NCBI RefSeq assembly: GCF_963921235.1
Contig: NC_086107.1
Span: forward strand, 107,386,001 to 107,450,000
DNA length: 64,000 bases
Source of the DNA: Mobula hypostoma
Taxonomy: Eukaryota
Direction of reading: 5' to 3'
The translations under genes and the position numbers were made by a program. Positions 48,505 through 60,624 of the stretch are shown here, in pieces. The notes below the pieces were generated by a model. It was not told the origin of the DNA. It searched no databases and was given only the letters and a program-made list of their open reading frames with translations. Positions within the stretch are counted from its first letter, which is position 1; each line of letters begins with the position of its first letter.

Positions 48505-49690
48505 GAATGGGAGCTGCTTCATGCACCCATGCTGAGCTCGTTAATTTCATCAACTTTGCCTCCACTTCCACCTTGCCCTTAAGTTCGCTTGGTCCATTTC
48601 TGGTGCCTCTCTCCCCTTTCTCAATTTCTGTCTCCATCTTTGAAGACAAACTGTCTACTGATATCTTTAATAAACATACAGATTTCCATAGCTATCTTGA
48701 CAATACCTCTTCTCATCCTGCGTCTGGTCCCAGGATAAGATTTTTCTTTCCAGGACATAGGAGGTGTCCTCCTTCTTTAAAGAACAGGGTTTCCATTCCT
48801 CCACATTGATACTGGCCTCACCCACATCTTCTTCATTTCTCGGGCATCCGTGCTCACCTCATTTTCCGACCGCTTTAACAGGAACAAAGTTCCTCTCATC
48901 TTTACCTACCACCCCATCAGCCTCTGCATCCAACACATTATTCTCTGCAACTTCCACCATCTTCAACAAGACTTTACCACAAGGCACATCTTTACCACTG
49001 CCCCCCACTCTCCACTTTCTGCAGGGATTTCTCTCTCCATGATTCCCTTGTCCATTCGTCTCTCCCCACTATCCCTGGAACTGGCACAAGTACTACACCT
49101 GCCCAATCACATCCTCCGCCACCTCCATTCAGAACCCTAAACAGTCCTTCCAGGTGAGGCAACACTTCACCTGAGAATCTGTTATGGTCACCTACTGTAC
49201 CTGTTGCTCCTGAAACAACCTTATCTACATTGGTGAGACCAAACGTAAATTGAGGGACCGCTTTGTCAAGCACCTCCACTCCATCCACAGAAAGCGGAAT
49301 TTCCCGGTTGTTAATTCCTATCCCCATTCCCATTCCGACATGTCAGTTCATTGCCTCCTCTTCTGCCACAAAGTGGCCACACTCAGTTGGAGGAGCAAAC
49401 ACCTCATATTCCATCTTGTTAGCATCTAACCCAACGGTATGAACATGGATTTCTCCAACTTCTGGTAAATTTCCCCCCTTCCCTCTTCTTCAATTCCCCA
49501 CTCGGGCCTCTTACCTCTTCTCCTTGCCTGTCTATCATCTCCCCCTGATGCCCCTCCTCTTTCCTTTCCTCCTGTGGTCCACTCTCCTCTCATATCAGAT
49601 TCCTTCTTTTCCAGCCCTTTACCCTTGCCAGCTTCCTATTTCATCCCCACTCTCCCATCCTCCTGATTTCACCTAACACCTTCGAGCTTG
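48505..49690 (+). mobile_element. Penelope-like element, decayed RT C-terminus plus GIY-YIG endonuclease
   Basis: LSTDIFNKHTDFHSYLDNTSSHP; VPLIFTYHP; YCTCCS*NNLIYIGETKRKLRDRFVKH. Confidence 0.88.
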
Positions 49691-50464
49691 TACATACAAA
49701 ATGTTGGAGGAACTCAGCAGGTCAGGCAGCTAATATGGAAAAGAGTAAACAGTCAATGGTTTGGGCTGAGACCTTTCATCAATACTCTTGTATTGACTGC
49801 TTTTCCTTGTTTACTTTATCTAAATCATTGCAATTGAAACATTTAGGGTGATTAGAACAATCACAGCTAATTAAAACAAGCACGTTACACCATCTTAAAA
49901 ATTTCTTCCCTCAGGAAGTTAATCTGATCAGCCACTCCAGTTAGACACCCTGCCCCCCCCCTCTATCCACTACCTCAGTCACTGCACTGTAATGTAAACA
50001 TTTTAAACAGCTTTTTATAATCATGTTATATATTTTAAATACATGCTGATATTTACTGATGCACATTTTATTCCATATTCGTACTTCTAACTTTAATTTC
50101 ATATAATTCATATGTTGAATGGTGTTGTTTTTGTTACGTCACAAAAACACACCACAGTAAATTTCTGATACATGTAAATGTATATGGCGAAGAAAATTGA
50201 AGCTTCATCCTTGATCTCCTCTGCACAATCTTGGAGACTTTGACATCCTTCCTATTTTTGGTGGTCAATAATTGAGTTGTGGTCTAACCAGTGCATAAGA
50301 TCTAACGAAAGTGTAGCTATGTGCCTTCCTGCTCAGTGCCTCTGTTGATGAAGTCTGCTTTGCTCACTATTCCATCAGCACGTCCTTCTGCTTTCAGAAA
50401 ATCTATGCAAAAGAACCCAGTCTTCCTGCACACTCTTCAGAATCATGCCTTTAAGTTTATATAA

Positions 50465-51097
50465 GTAGCGGGAGGAGAGAGAGCAGCGCGCTCCACGTGC
50501 GCAGCCCTCCGGTGAAAAATGATATCGTATCCGTTAAATAGGGGCTGTGGACAATTCTGATTTGATGGAGACAGACATGAAAGCACAGAGGAACATCTGG
50601 AGAAATTTCTGAAACGCCAGTTCGCTGCTGTCGTTACTGCGCGGTCGGGAATCTTCCGGAGGGAAGGCCTCAAAATCCCCGGCTCTGCCTGCTGTTGGCG
50701 ACCAAGATTGAGGTCGAATCGCTCGGACAGAGATGGTGCTCGGTACTTAGTGTCGGAGAGCTGATCGGAGGCTCAAAGTTTTCAGATGACTCAGAGTCAG
50801 ACTGTGGTCGGGGATGGCAGGGAGAGTTTTTCTTCCTTCTCCCGTCTGCGTGAGATGTGGGACATTTGAGAAACTTTGAACTTTTACTGTGCTCATGGAC
50901 TTCTTCATCAAGTTATGGTATTGTTGCACTGTTGTAACTATATGTTATAGTTATGTGGTTTTGTTAGTTTTTTCAGTCTTGGTCTGTCCTGTGTTTTGTG
51001 ATATCACAGCGGAGGAAATATTGTATCATTTCTTAATGCATGCATTACTAAATGACAATAAAAGAGGACTGCGTGTCTTCATAATCTAATCTAAAAA
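50465..51097 (+). mobile_element. CpG-rich non-coding retroposon with (atcta)n tail
   Basis: CpG-rich 5' half, aataaa, atctaatctaa tail; ATATAA duplication 50459-50464/51098-51103. Confidence 0.55.
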
Positions 51098-53389
51098 ATA
51101 TAAACTTCCTCCATCCCTTATGCTAAAATGCATTCCCTCACAGCTCCTCTGCTACCTTACCCAACACATTCCCTGCACTGTCTCCAGCTGCCTCAGTAAA
51201 TGTAATCAAAGACCCCACCCACCCCGGGCATTCTCTCTTCTCCCCCTCCCATGGGGCAGAAGATACAAAAGTCTGAAAGCATGTATCAGTAGGCTCAAGG
51301 ACAAACTCTACCCACCCACCCCATGCCAACACCTCACAATTTCCCTTGATTCTACCTTGCACCTTATTATCTATCTACCTACGCTGCACTTTCTCTATAC
51401 CTGTTACACTTTATTCTGCGCTCTCCTGTTGTCTTACCTTATACTCCCTCAATGCACTGCTTACTGATTTGATCTGTGCCGGTATTATGTAAGCACATTA
51501 TTACATATAATATGTAAGCAAATTACTGCACCTCAAGACATCTGACAATAGTAAACCAATTCCAATTTGGCCAGCCTGTCTATCTCTTCCTCACCTGGCA
51601 ATGCAGTACTGGGATGTATATGTGCAGAGTGTGATTGTTGTGTATAGACAGAGTCTGTGGAGGGGTGGGGAGGGGGTTGGTTGCTGTGATGTCTGAACGT
51701 AGTCCTGGAGGTTGTTCAGGAGCAGGAACTGGCCTTGTTCCTCCCCACACTCATGCCACCTTTTAATAAGATCATGCCTGCTCTAGTCATGACATAGCTC
51801 CACTCCCCTGCTCAGCAGCCATCACCCCCGATAGTCCTAAAACCCATCTACATCAGCCTTGAAACGGTACAATAATTCAGCACATTTTTCTCCAAGAGGT
51901 AGTTCCGCAGCTTCACTCCTTCTGTCTTTCGTAGCTCCTTCTTAAAAGGGCAACTCCTTATTTGGAAGCTATGATCTCTAAACCCCATCCAAATCCCACC
52001 TCCACACCACCCCCCAAGGGGAAACATCTACACCTACCCTGTCATGTCCCCTCAATGAGATCACATCTCATTATTCTAAACCCGACTGAGTAGAGGTACA
52101 ATCTGCTCAGCCTTTCCTCATCAGAAAAGTTCAACTTTCAAAGTGAATGTGTTACCAAATTCTGTATGTGTCACAACTTACAACGCTGAGGTCTGTTTAC
52201 TTGCGGGGCATTCATAGTGAATACAAGAAACACAACTGAATCAATGTAAGACTGTGCACAACAGGGCAGACAAGCAGCCATATAAATGAACAAACAAACA
52301 ATAAATAAATAGATAGATTGATAGAGAGATAAATAGATAATAGGTAGATAAATCTGCAAGCAAGCCAGAAATATTGAGAACCTGAGCTGAAGAGTTCTTG
52401 AAGGTGAGTCCAAAGTTTGTGGGAACAGTTTAGTGATGGGCTGTGAGTGAAGGTATGAGAGCACTGTCATTCTAGGTGTCAGGTTACTGAAGTTGAGTTG
52501 CCTCCAATGGAAGTAGAACTCTCCTTTAAGGAAACCAAAACTGTATGCAAGTCCTCTCCAGATTACAACAGTGTCCTATTCCTGAGAGCTCTTAGTAAAC
52601 AGAACAGCTGATAAGCCAGAACTGTGGCCACCAGACAATGTATTTACATAAAAACTCAGGCCCACCAAGGTCAACATGTAGTTGAAACAACCATTCAAGT
52701 ACTGTCACAAACTATGTTCCAACATGACAGGTGTTGCTTGTGACCCTGCAGGAGCCGACAAATCCCTCTCCCAAATGCTTTATTGTATGTACGGGCGCAC
52801 AAATCAAAGGTTCAATGCAAATTGATTGTCAACATACTTATTTATCAACATATACTACCCTGAGAGTTATTTTCTTGCAGGAATTCACAGTGGAACAAAG
52901 AAATACAATAGAATCAATGAAGAACTACACGCAGGCAGATAAGTAATCAATTTGTGCCAAAGAAGGCTAACTTTGCAAACACAAAAAAGTAAATAATTTG
53001 ATAAACAAATATACAGATTATAAATAAATAGTCAAATAGTGTGAACAACAACAATAAATAAATAATACTGAGAATATGAGATGTGGAGACCTTGAAAGTG
53101 AATCCATAGCTTGTGTTCACGAATCAGTTCAGAGTTGGGTTGAGTGAAGTTATCCCCTCTGCTTCAAGAACCTGATGATTGAGGGGTAATAATGGTTCCT
53201 GAACCTGGTGGTGTGGGACTGAAGGCTCCTGTACCTCCTACCTGATGGCAGTAGTGAGAAGAGAGCACAGCCTGGATGGTGGGGGTCCATGGTGATGGAT
53301 GCTGTTTTCTAGTGGCAGTGCTCTATGTAGATGTGCAGGGCAAATCAGGTGTCCAGAGCCTGGGAAGGACCTGTAGTACAGCTACTAGG

Positions 53390-53972
53390 ACTTGATGTTT
53401 CAATCCTTATGGTAAGTTGGCACTCTCAATGTTGGCAGTGGGCTTGGAGAGGTGACAAGGAGGGAGGGTAGGTACGTCATCGGGGTCATCAGGTGGGCAC
53501 CCTCCTTCTTTGACGTTTCGTTGATAAGCCCACGATGTCTCCAGAGGGCTCAACAGTGCTACCTGGCGTCCCAGATACACCCCCCTCAGTTCCATACCCT
53601 CCTGTCTTCATCTTGCAGCCCAGTTGTTGTCTTTCCTTTTAATCCAAATCCAATTGCTGCTTTCTTCTGCTGCATTTGACAAGGACTTGATTGCTTGTTG
53701 GAGGGAGTGGCTCCTCACCCCCATCTTCTTCAATAGGCTGGTCGTAGATGTAGCAACGAATCCCCTGCATCCCACTTCTACAGGGAAAATCTTGGTCTTC
53801 CAGCCATTCTGGGCAGCTTCAGTGGCCAGTTCAGAGTACTTGGTCTTTTTCCTCTCATAAGCTTCTTCGACACCATCTTCCCATGGTACTGTCAATTCCA
53901 CAACATATGCCAGCTTGGCTGTTGTGGACCACAGGACCATAGGACCATGTCTGGCCAGAGTGTTGTAGCGTA
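53390..53972 (-). mobile_element. Hero/R2-group non-LTR retrotransposon 3' fragment (restriction-like endonuclease plus 3' UTR)
   Basis: ATTLWPDMVL..YVVELTVPWEDGVEEAYERKKTKY..FPVEVGCRGF..SNWIWIKR (PD..E, K..KY RLE motifs). Confidence 0.85.
53477..53549 (-). ncRNA. Putative non-circularly permuted hammerhead ribozyme in the Hero 3' UTR
   Basis: All three core segments (AUC, GAAA, CUGAUGA), perfect stem I GUGGGC/GCCCAC, stem III GACAU/ACGUC, extra helix GCCCUCU/GGAGGGU. Confidence 0.65.
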
Positions 53973-55629
53973 GTATATTCCTCCTTCAAACCTTCCTACC
54001 AGCACAGTCACATAATCATCATGTTGCCTTCCAAAGGCCACTTGCAAGTCTTTGATATCCACCTGTGTCCATCTTCACTTTTTATTAAGCTCCTACATCC
54101 ATTATTTCAATCAAAAAATACTAAAAAATAATGGAAAGTCAAGACTTAAGTAGGAGATGCTGGAAGTAGTCAGTAAGTGAAGCAGTATCAGTGTGGAGAA
54201 GAGAATCAATATCTCAGCTCAAGACTCTTCTGGTGGAACGAGAAGATTGAGACTATATGTTTTAATTGCAGGGGGATGGAGAGAGCATTGGGAATATCAC
54301 GATAGGGCCCAGATCAATTTTGTCAAGGTAGCAATTAAATGAACCGGCAGTTTGAAACAGAAAGAAAAAAGGTATTAAATTAAAAACGGAAAGATATAGC
54401 CAAGTTTGTGAATGGGTAGAATGTACAGGAACGGTAGGTCCCACACCACTAGGTTCAGGAACAGTTATCACCCTGAAACCATCAGGCTCCTGAACCGGTG
54501 TGGATAACTTCACTCACCACAACTCTGAACTGATTCTATGACCTGCAGGTTCACTGTCAAGGGACCTGTAACTCATGTTCTCAGTATTGATTCTTTTTTA
54601 GCTTGCACAATTTGGCATTTTTGCAGGTTGGTTGTTTGCTAGTCTTTGTTTGTTAGAGGGGTTGAACTTTCCAAAAAATCCATTGTATTTCTTTATTTTC
54701 CTGTAAATGCCTGCAATAAAATGAGTCTGGAGGTAGCATATATGGTAGTATAGGGTAGTATGTGGTAGCCTATACATTGGTAATTAATTTACTTTGAATT
54801 TTTAAGTACTGAGGGCTGTGATACTCTCATTCGGAAAATGAGGTGCTATTTCTCAACCTTATGTTGAACACTTTTGAAGTAATATTTGCAGGCAAGAGAG
54901 CTCAGAGTGGGATTTCAACAGACAGGTAAATGGAAGCTCAGGGTCATCCTTGTCAGAATCACAAATGGAATCAGGTTATCAGGTTTAATGTCATCGGCAT
55001 TAAAATCTGTTGTCTTTGCAGCAGCAGAACATTGCAATACATAATGATTAGAAAAAAATGTGAATTACAGTAATTGGTGTGTATGTTTGTGTGTGTTTGT
55101 TCATTTATATTTATTTACAATTATAAATATATATTGTATATTGAATAGTTAAATTAAAAAATAGTGCAAAAATAGAAATAAAAAGTAGTGAGGTAGTGTG
55201 TGTGGGTTCACTTGAGGGACTGAGTTATCGAGAGGGGTTGAGTGAGCTTGGACTTTATCCATTGAAGTGTAGGGGAATGACGGCTAATCTTATAGAGGTG
55301 TATAAAATTGTGAGGACCATAAATAAGGTGAATGCAGTCTTTTTCCAGGGCCAGGAAATCAAGAAGTAGAAGGGATAGTTTTAATGTGAGCGGGAAGAGA
55401 TTTACCACAAATTTGAGAGACAATTTTTTTCATCCAGAGGATGGTCTATATGGAATGAGCTGGCAGAGTAAGTGGTTGGGGCAGATTATATTAATAACAT
55501 TTAAAGGGCACTTGAACCTATGTATGGATAAGAAAGGTTAAGAGGGATATAGGACCAGCTTAAATGGGAACCTTGGCCAATATGGGTGGTTGGGTCAAAT
55601 GGCTTATCTCCATGGTGATGACTCCATTT

Positions 55630-57480
55630 CTCTTGGGTCTCTGGATGTGGGGAAAAAGAAGGGAAAATGTTCCAATCTATGAATGAATAAGTAGATGCTA
55701 TAAGAAGAAGATCAATTGGCAGAGGTGGAAGAGTAAACCAGGTATTTGTAAGGGAGTGGTCTTTTTGGAATGAGGAAGGGGAAGTGGAAGGAAAGATACA
55801 TCTGATGGTGGAATCCCACTGCAGGCATCCATAATTATGGAGGGAGGTTGGGAGTAGGAAAGAGGGCATCTGGTTGAGAGCCTCAGCGACTCTGGTAGAG
55901 GAGATGAACTAGTTAAAGAGAAAGAAAAATAACTCAAAGATACCTTGTGGAACGCCTCATCGTCAAAGCAGATATGACAAAGAAACTGGGGGAATTGGAA
56001 TCTGTCCCTATCCAGATACAGGATGGGAGGAGGTACAGGTGAAATAGGTGTGAGAGTCAGTGAGCTTCTAAAGCATATTGGTCCCTTATCTATCCCCTAA
56101 GATGGAGGTGGATATATCAAGAAAGGGAAGGGAAGAATTATGGACAATGTAGAAATGAGGACGGTGGAAAATGACAGAATTATAAAGACACAGTGAGGGG
56201 CACCAATTCAGTCATCAGTGTATATTTTTGAAAGAAAAGCAAAGGGAAGGGCTTAAATAGGATGGAAACATGGCCTATTCTATATACCCAATGAAGAGAC
56301 AGGCATGGCTTGGATCCACATGAGGTCCCACAGCTACACCTTTAACATAGTGAGGGTGAAAGTATTGAAGAAAAATCAACACACAAAATGCTGGAGGAAC
56401 TCAATGGCTTAATGGTTCCATTTAATACAGAGAATGTATACAATATACACCCTATAATTCTCACTCTCCGCAGACATCCTTGAAACAGAAAGCAAAACCC
56501 AAAGAATGAATGATGGAAAAAAGATGTAAGAATCCAAAGCCTCCTGCCCCCTCCCATGCACAAGCAGCAGTAAGCAGCATCAACCCTCCCCCTACTTATT
56601 CTAGCATAAAGCATCGGCCTTCCACCACCTCAATATGTCAGGCAGCATCTATGGAGGGGAATAAACAGTCAACATTTCGGACTGTAATTCATCCTGATGA
56701 ATTTGTCTTCCAATTCTATTTAATACCTTAACCTGGTTCTAACCCCTTCCCTTCCAGTCCTGGTGAAGGGCCTTGGTCCAAAATGTTGACTGTTTATTTC
56801 TCTCCATTGATGCTGCTGCCTGGCCTGCTGAGTTCCTCCAGTATTTCGTGTGTGTTGCTTTGGATTTCCAGCATCTGCAGAATGCCTTGTGTTTATGGAT
56901 TGAAGGAAAAAGCCATTGAATATTGGTGTAAGCTCAGCCATGTGAAGACAAGAACCTGGCAAGGGCTGGTGAAGAGCTCTCAGATTATTCAGGTATGGGA
57001 TGGAGGGATAGGGGGATTGGATGTTTGTGGTGAAGATAAGCAGGCTGAGATCAGGAAAATGGAGGCTACCAAAGTGGCAGAGGGCATTAGTCTTGTTGTA
57101 AATGTGGATAAGTGGAGAAAAAGTAACTTTAGGAGAGGAGGAAATAAATTCTACAAGACAAGTGCTGAAACAGTGGGTATACTAAAGGGGTCCATCGCAT
57201 GGACCTTGGGAAGAAGGTAGAATTGGGTTGTGTGGGTTTTGGGAACAATAAGGCTGGAAGCTGAGGAGGGAAGCTCTCACAAGGAAAATGAAATCAGTGA
57301 CTGGAAGACAAAGGCCCGATGTTCAGAGGGTTCATGGTCTGGGAAGGCGTGAAGGGGTGTGTGATAGCCATCTGCAATGTAGAGGTCGATTCATCATACA
57401 TTGATAGCATCGTTCTTGTCAGCAGGTTCTGGCTGACCAGTGTACTGCAGGTTCAGAGGTGGGTTGGTTGGTGTGAATAA
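55630..57480 (-). mobile_element. Old, fragmented Penelope-like element (RT region), interrupted at ~56345-56890
   Basis: PADK near 57420; KGVAVG..PSHACLFIGYIE near 56290-56343, matching the Penelope RT G.AMG..PSYA.LF motif. Confidence 0.6.
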
Positions 57481-57539
57481 AGGACGGCAGGCTCATTGTC
57501 AACTCTCCTTGCAGAACCTGCTTCTTCTCTGAGTCGGTG

Positions 57540-58030
57540 ATCTTGGCTGAGACTCCAGTGCAGTTCTGTGGGTGTTTTGCAAGGTCAATGACATACTGCT
57601 GTCTGCTCCCTTGTGCCACTCCCGACTCGGGGAGGCAGTGACGAAAAGTAACAATACAGGACTCTTTCGAGGCTCTGTGATTGGGATAAGTACACTTTAA
57701 ATCCTTTAACGAGGATCCATTGGAGGGCAAGTCTGGTGCTAGCAGCTGCAGTAATTCCAGCTCCAAAAACGTACTGCTGCAGTTAAAAAGCACGTAGTTG
57801 GATTTTGGCATCAGGATGGCGGTCTGCCGCTAGGCAAGCTACCGTCTGTGCCAGCCCCTGCTTCTCGGCATACTTTTAGCTGAGTGTTCTGGGCGTCCAA
57901 AGACGTTTTAAAGAAGAGCAGGGCTGATTCCCCTTGTGACCTGTGCCAATGTCCCTTACATCACTTAGATGGTCACAATGGTGTCTGTGGCAGCTTACGG
58001 TGCATAAATTGGCAGTTGACATTACAGTAT
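57540..58030 (+). mobile_element. Degenerate Deu-domain SINE interrupted by an rRNA fragment
   Basis: ggctgagactccagtgcagt..gtctgc before, and aagaagagcaggg..gccaat..tgtggcagctt..aaattggc after, the 18S piece. Confidence 0.55.
57616..57909 (+). pseudogene. 18S rRNA pseudogene fragment (~295 bp, includes the 530-loop region)
   Basis: ccactcccgac.cggggagg.agtgacgaaaa.taacaatacaggactctttcgagg..gaggatccattggagggcaagtctggtgc..gtaattccagctccaa..gcagttaaaaagc.cgtagttgga; GCCGCGGTAA decayed to GCTGCAGTAA. Confidence 0.95.
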
Positions 58031-60347
58031 TTCTCATGTCATCTTGTAGGCCATTCAGCCCATTGAATCTATGCTGGCTTTCAAAGCATTTCCATCATTT
58101 CTCTGCCCCCAACTCATTCCCCTGTAAACAATTCCTGTTTTTAACACCATGCCAATTCTCTGACCTCCCACTTACACCAGGGGAAATTTACATTTGACAA
58201 TCAGTCTAACAACCAGTGCATTGTTGGAAAGTGGGAGCAAACCACAGTGGTCACAGGAGACACAGGAGATTCTGCAGATGCTGTAAGTCTTGAGCAACGC
58301 TCACAAAACGCGGAAGAGCAAGTCAGGCAGCGTCTATGGAGAGGAAAAAATGGTCGACATTTTGAGCAAAGCCCTTCGGCCCCCTTCCTTTTATAGTCCC
58401 ATTGAAGGGTCTCAGCTCAAATCGTCGACTGTTTATTTCCTTCCATAGGTGCCGCCTGACCTTCTGAGTTCCTCCAGCATTCTGTGCGTGTTGTTTATAG
58501 GAAGAATATGCAAATTCCACATGGGAAGGTCAGGATCAAGCCTGGGCTGCCGGAACAGTGAGGCAGCTGCACTACCCGCTGCACAGCCGTGCCTGCGATA
58601 GCTGTGAAATATGTGACATTGTGAAGTACTGTGAAATATTGTCCGAATGTTAGCTGTTAGATCATAAGTCCATAAGACATAGGAGCAGAACTAGGCCATT
58701 TGGTCCATCGAGTTGCTCTACCATTCCATCATTCCTGATTTATCATCCCACTGATTCCCCCATTCTCCTGACTTCTCCCCCGTAACCTTTGATGCCCTGG
58801 CTAATCAAGAACCCATCAGCCTCTGTTTTAAATGTACTCAATGACTTGGCCATCACAGTCAACTGTGCCAATGAATTCCACCAGATTCACCACCCCCTGG
58901 CTAAAGAAATTCTTCTTCATCTCTGTTCTAAATGGCATCCTTCTATCCTTAGGCTGTGCCCCCTGTTCCTAGACTCACCCACTATAGGAAACATCCACCC
59001 TATCTAGGCCTTTCAATATTCAATAGGTTTCAATGAGGTCCCTCCTCGTTCTTCCAAGCTCCAGTGAGTTCAGTCCCAGAGCCATCGAAAGTTCCTCATG
59101 TGTTAACCCTTTCATTGCTGGAAGCATTTTCATGAACCTCCTGTGGACCCTCTCCAACGCCAGCACATCCTTTCTTAGATAATTGGCCCAAAGCTGCTCG
59201 TAATACTCTAAGCATGGTCTGACCACTGCCTTATTTTAGCCTTAGTATTAATCCTTGCTCTCATATCCTAGTCCTCTTGAAATGAACACTAATGTTGCAT
59301 TTGCCTTCCTTACCACCGACTCCTCCTGCAGGTTAAACTTTAGGGAATCCTGCATGAGGGCTCCCAGGTCTCTTCGTTAGAATTAGAACGCATGGATTTC
59401 TTCTGCGTCCTCCAGCTTCCACCCACATCCCAGAGACGTGCAGATTGGTAGGTTAATTGGTCTCTGCAAATCGCCCCTGTTGTGTAGTAGAACAGCAGTG
59501 TGCCGATGGGGATGTGGAGAGAATAAAGTGGGTTACGGTGGGATCTATGTGAAAATGGAGGGTTGATGGGACGGCACAGTAGTGCGGCAGTTAGCATAAC
59601 GCGATTACAGCACCTGCTACCTGGGTTCAATTCAGCCACTGTCTGCACAGAGTTTCTACGTTCTCCCTGTGACTGCAAGGATTTCCTCGGGGTGCTCCGC
59701 TTTCCTCCCACATTTCAAAGACATACAGGTTAGTAGGTTAATTCGGCACATAGTTGTAATTGGGCGACAAGAGCTCGCTGGCCGGTCTTGCTGTATCTCT
59801 AAATAAATCAATAGCTAGATGGATAGATAGATAAATAGATAGATAGATAGATAGATAGATAGAAATGTCTAGCATGAATTCAGTGAGCCTCAGGGCCTGT
59901 TTCCATGTTGTATTATACAACACTACTGAAGACTGAAATCTGAAGATTGATTGGAAGTCTGGAATTCGAAGCCCGATGGCCAAAGTCTGGAGACTGGAGA
60001 CATGTGCTGGAATTGGAGGACTGCCCATGTGAGCAAAGGGGAGGGGCTCATTTTTAAATTATTTTTTTATTATCTCCCCTTTCTTTCTCCCTCTCTTTTT
60101 TCTCCCTCTGTCTCTCTCACTATAACTCTTTGCCTGCTCTCCATCTTCCTCTGGTGCTCCCCTCTCCCTTTCTTTCTCCCTAGGCCTCCCGTCCCATGAT
60201 CCTCTCCCTTCTCCAGCCTCATATCCCTTTTGCCAATCAACTGTCCAGCTCTTGGCTCCATCCATCCCCCTCCTGTCTTCTCCTATCATTTCGGATCTCC
60301 CCCTCCACCTCCCACTTTCAAATTTCTTACACTCAATTCTTTCAGTT

Positions 60348-60383
60348 AGTCCTGATGAAGGGTCTCAGCCCGAAACGTCGACT
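60348..60383 (+). ncRNA. Minimal type-I hammerhead ribozyme motif (best-preserved copy)
   Basis: AGUC-CUGAUGA-A-GGGU(CUCA)GCCC-GAAAC-GUC-GACU. Confidence 0.85.
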
Positions 60384-60624
60384 GTACCTCTTCCCATAGA
60401 TGCTGCCTGGCCTGCTGCGTTCCACCAGTATTTTGTGTGTGGGGGTTGTTTTGCTGTTTTTTTTGTTGCTTGTTGTGTTGTGTTCTGTGTTGATCTGCTG
60501 AGCATTGTGGGCGTCCTATGTTGACGCTGGATTGTGTGGTGACACTTGCAGGCTGCCCCCAGCACACCTCTAGGTGTGTTGGTCATTAATGCAATTGATG
60601 CCTTTCACTGGATGTTTCAATACA

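Noticed and set aside
57616..57909. Functional rRNA gene or contamination
   Set aside because: Short fragment with mutated invariant positions and a deletion, embedded in host repeats
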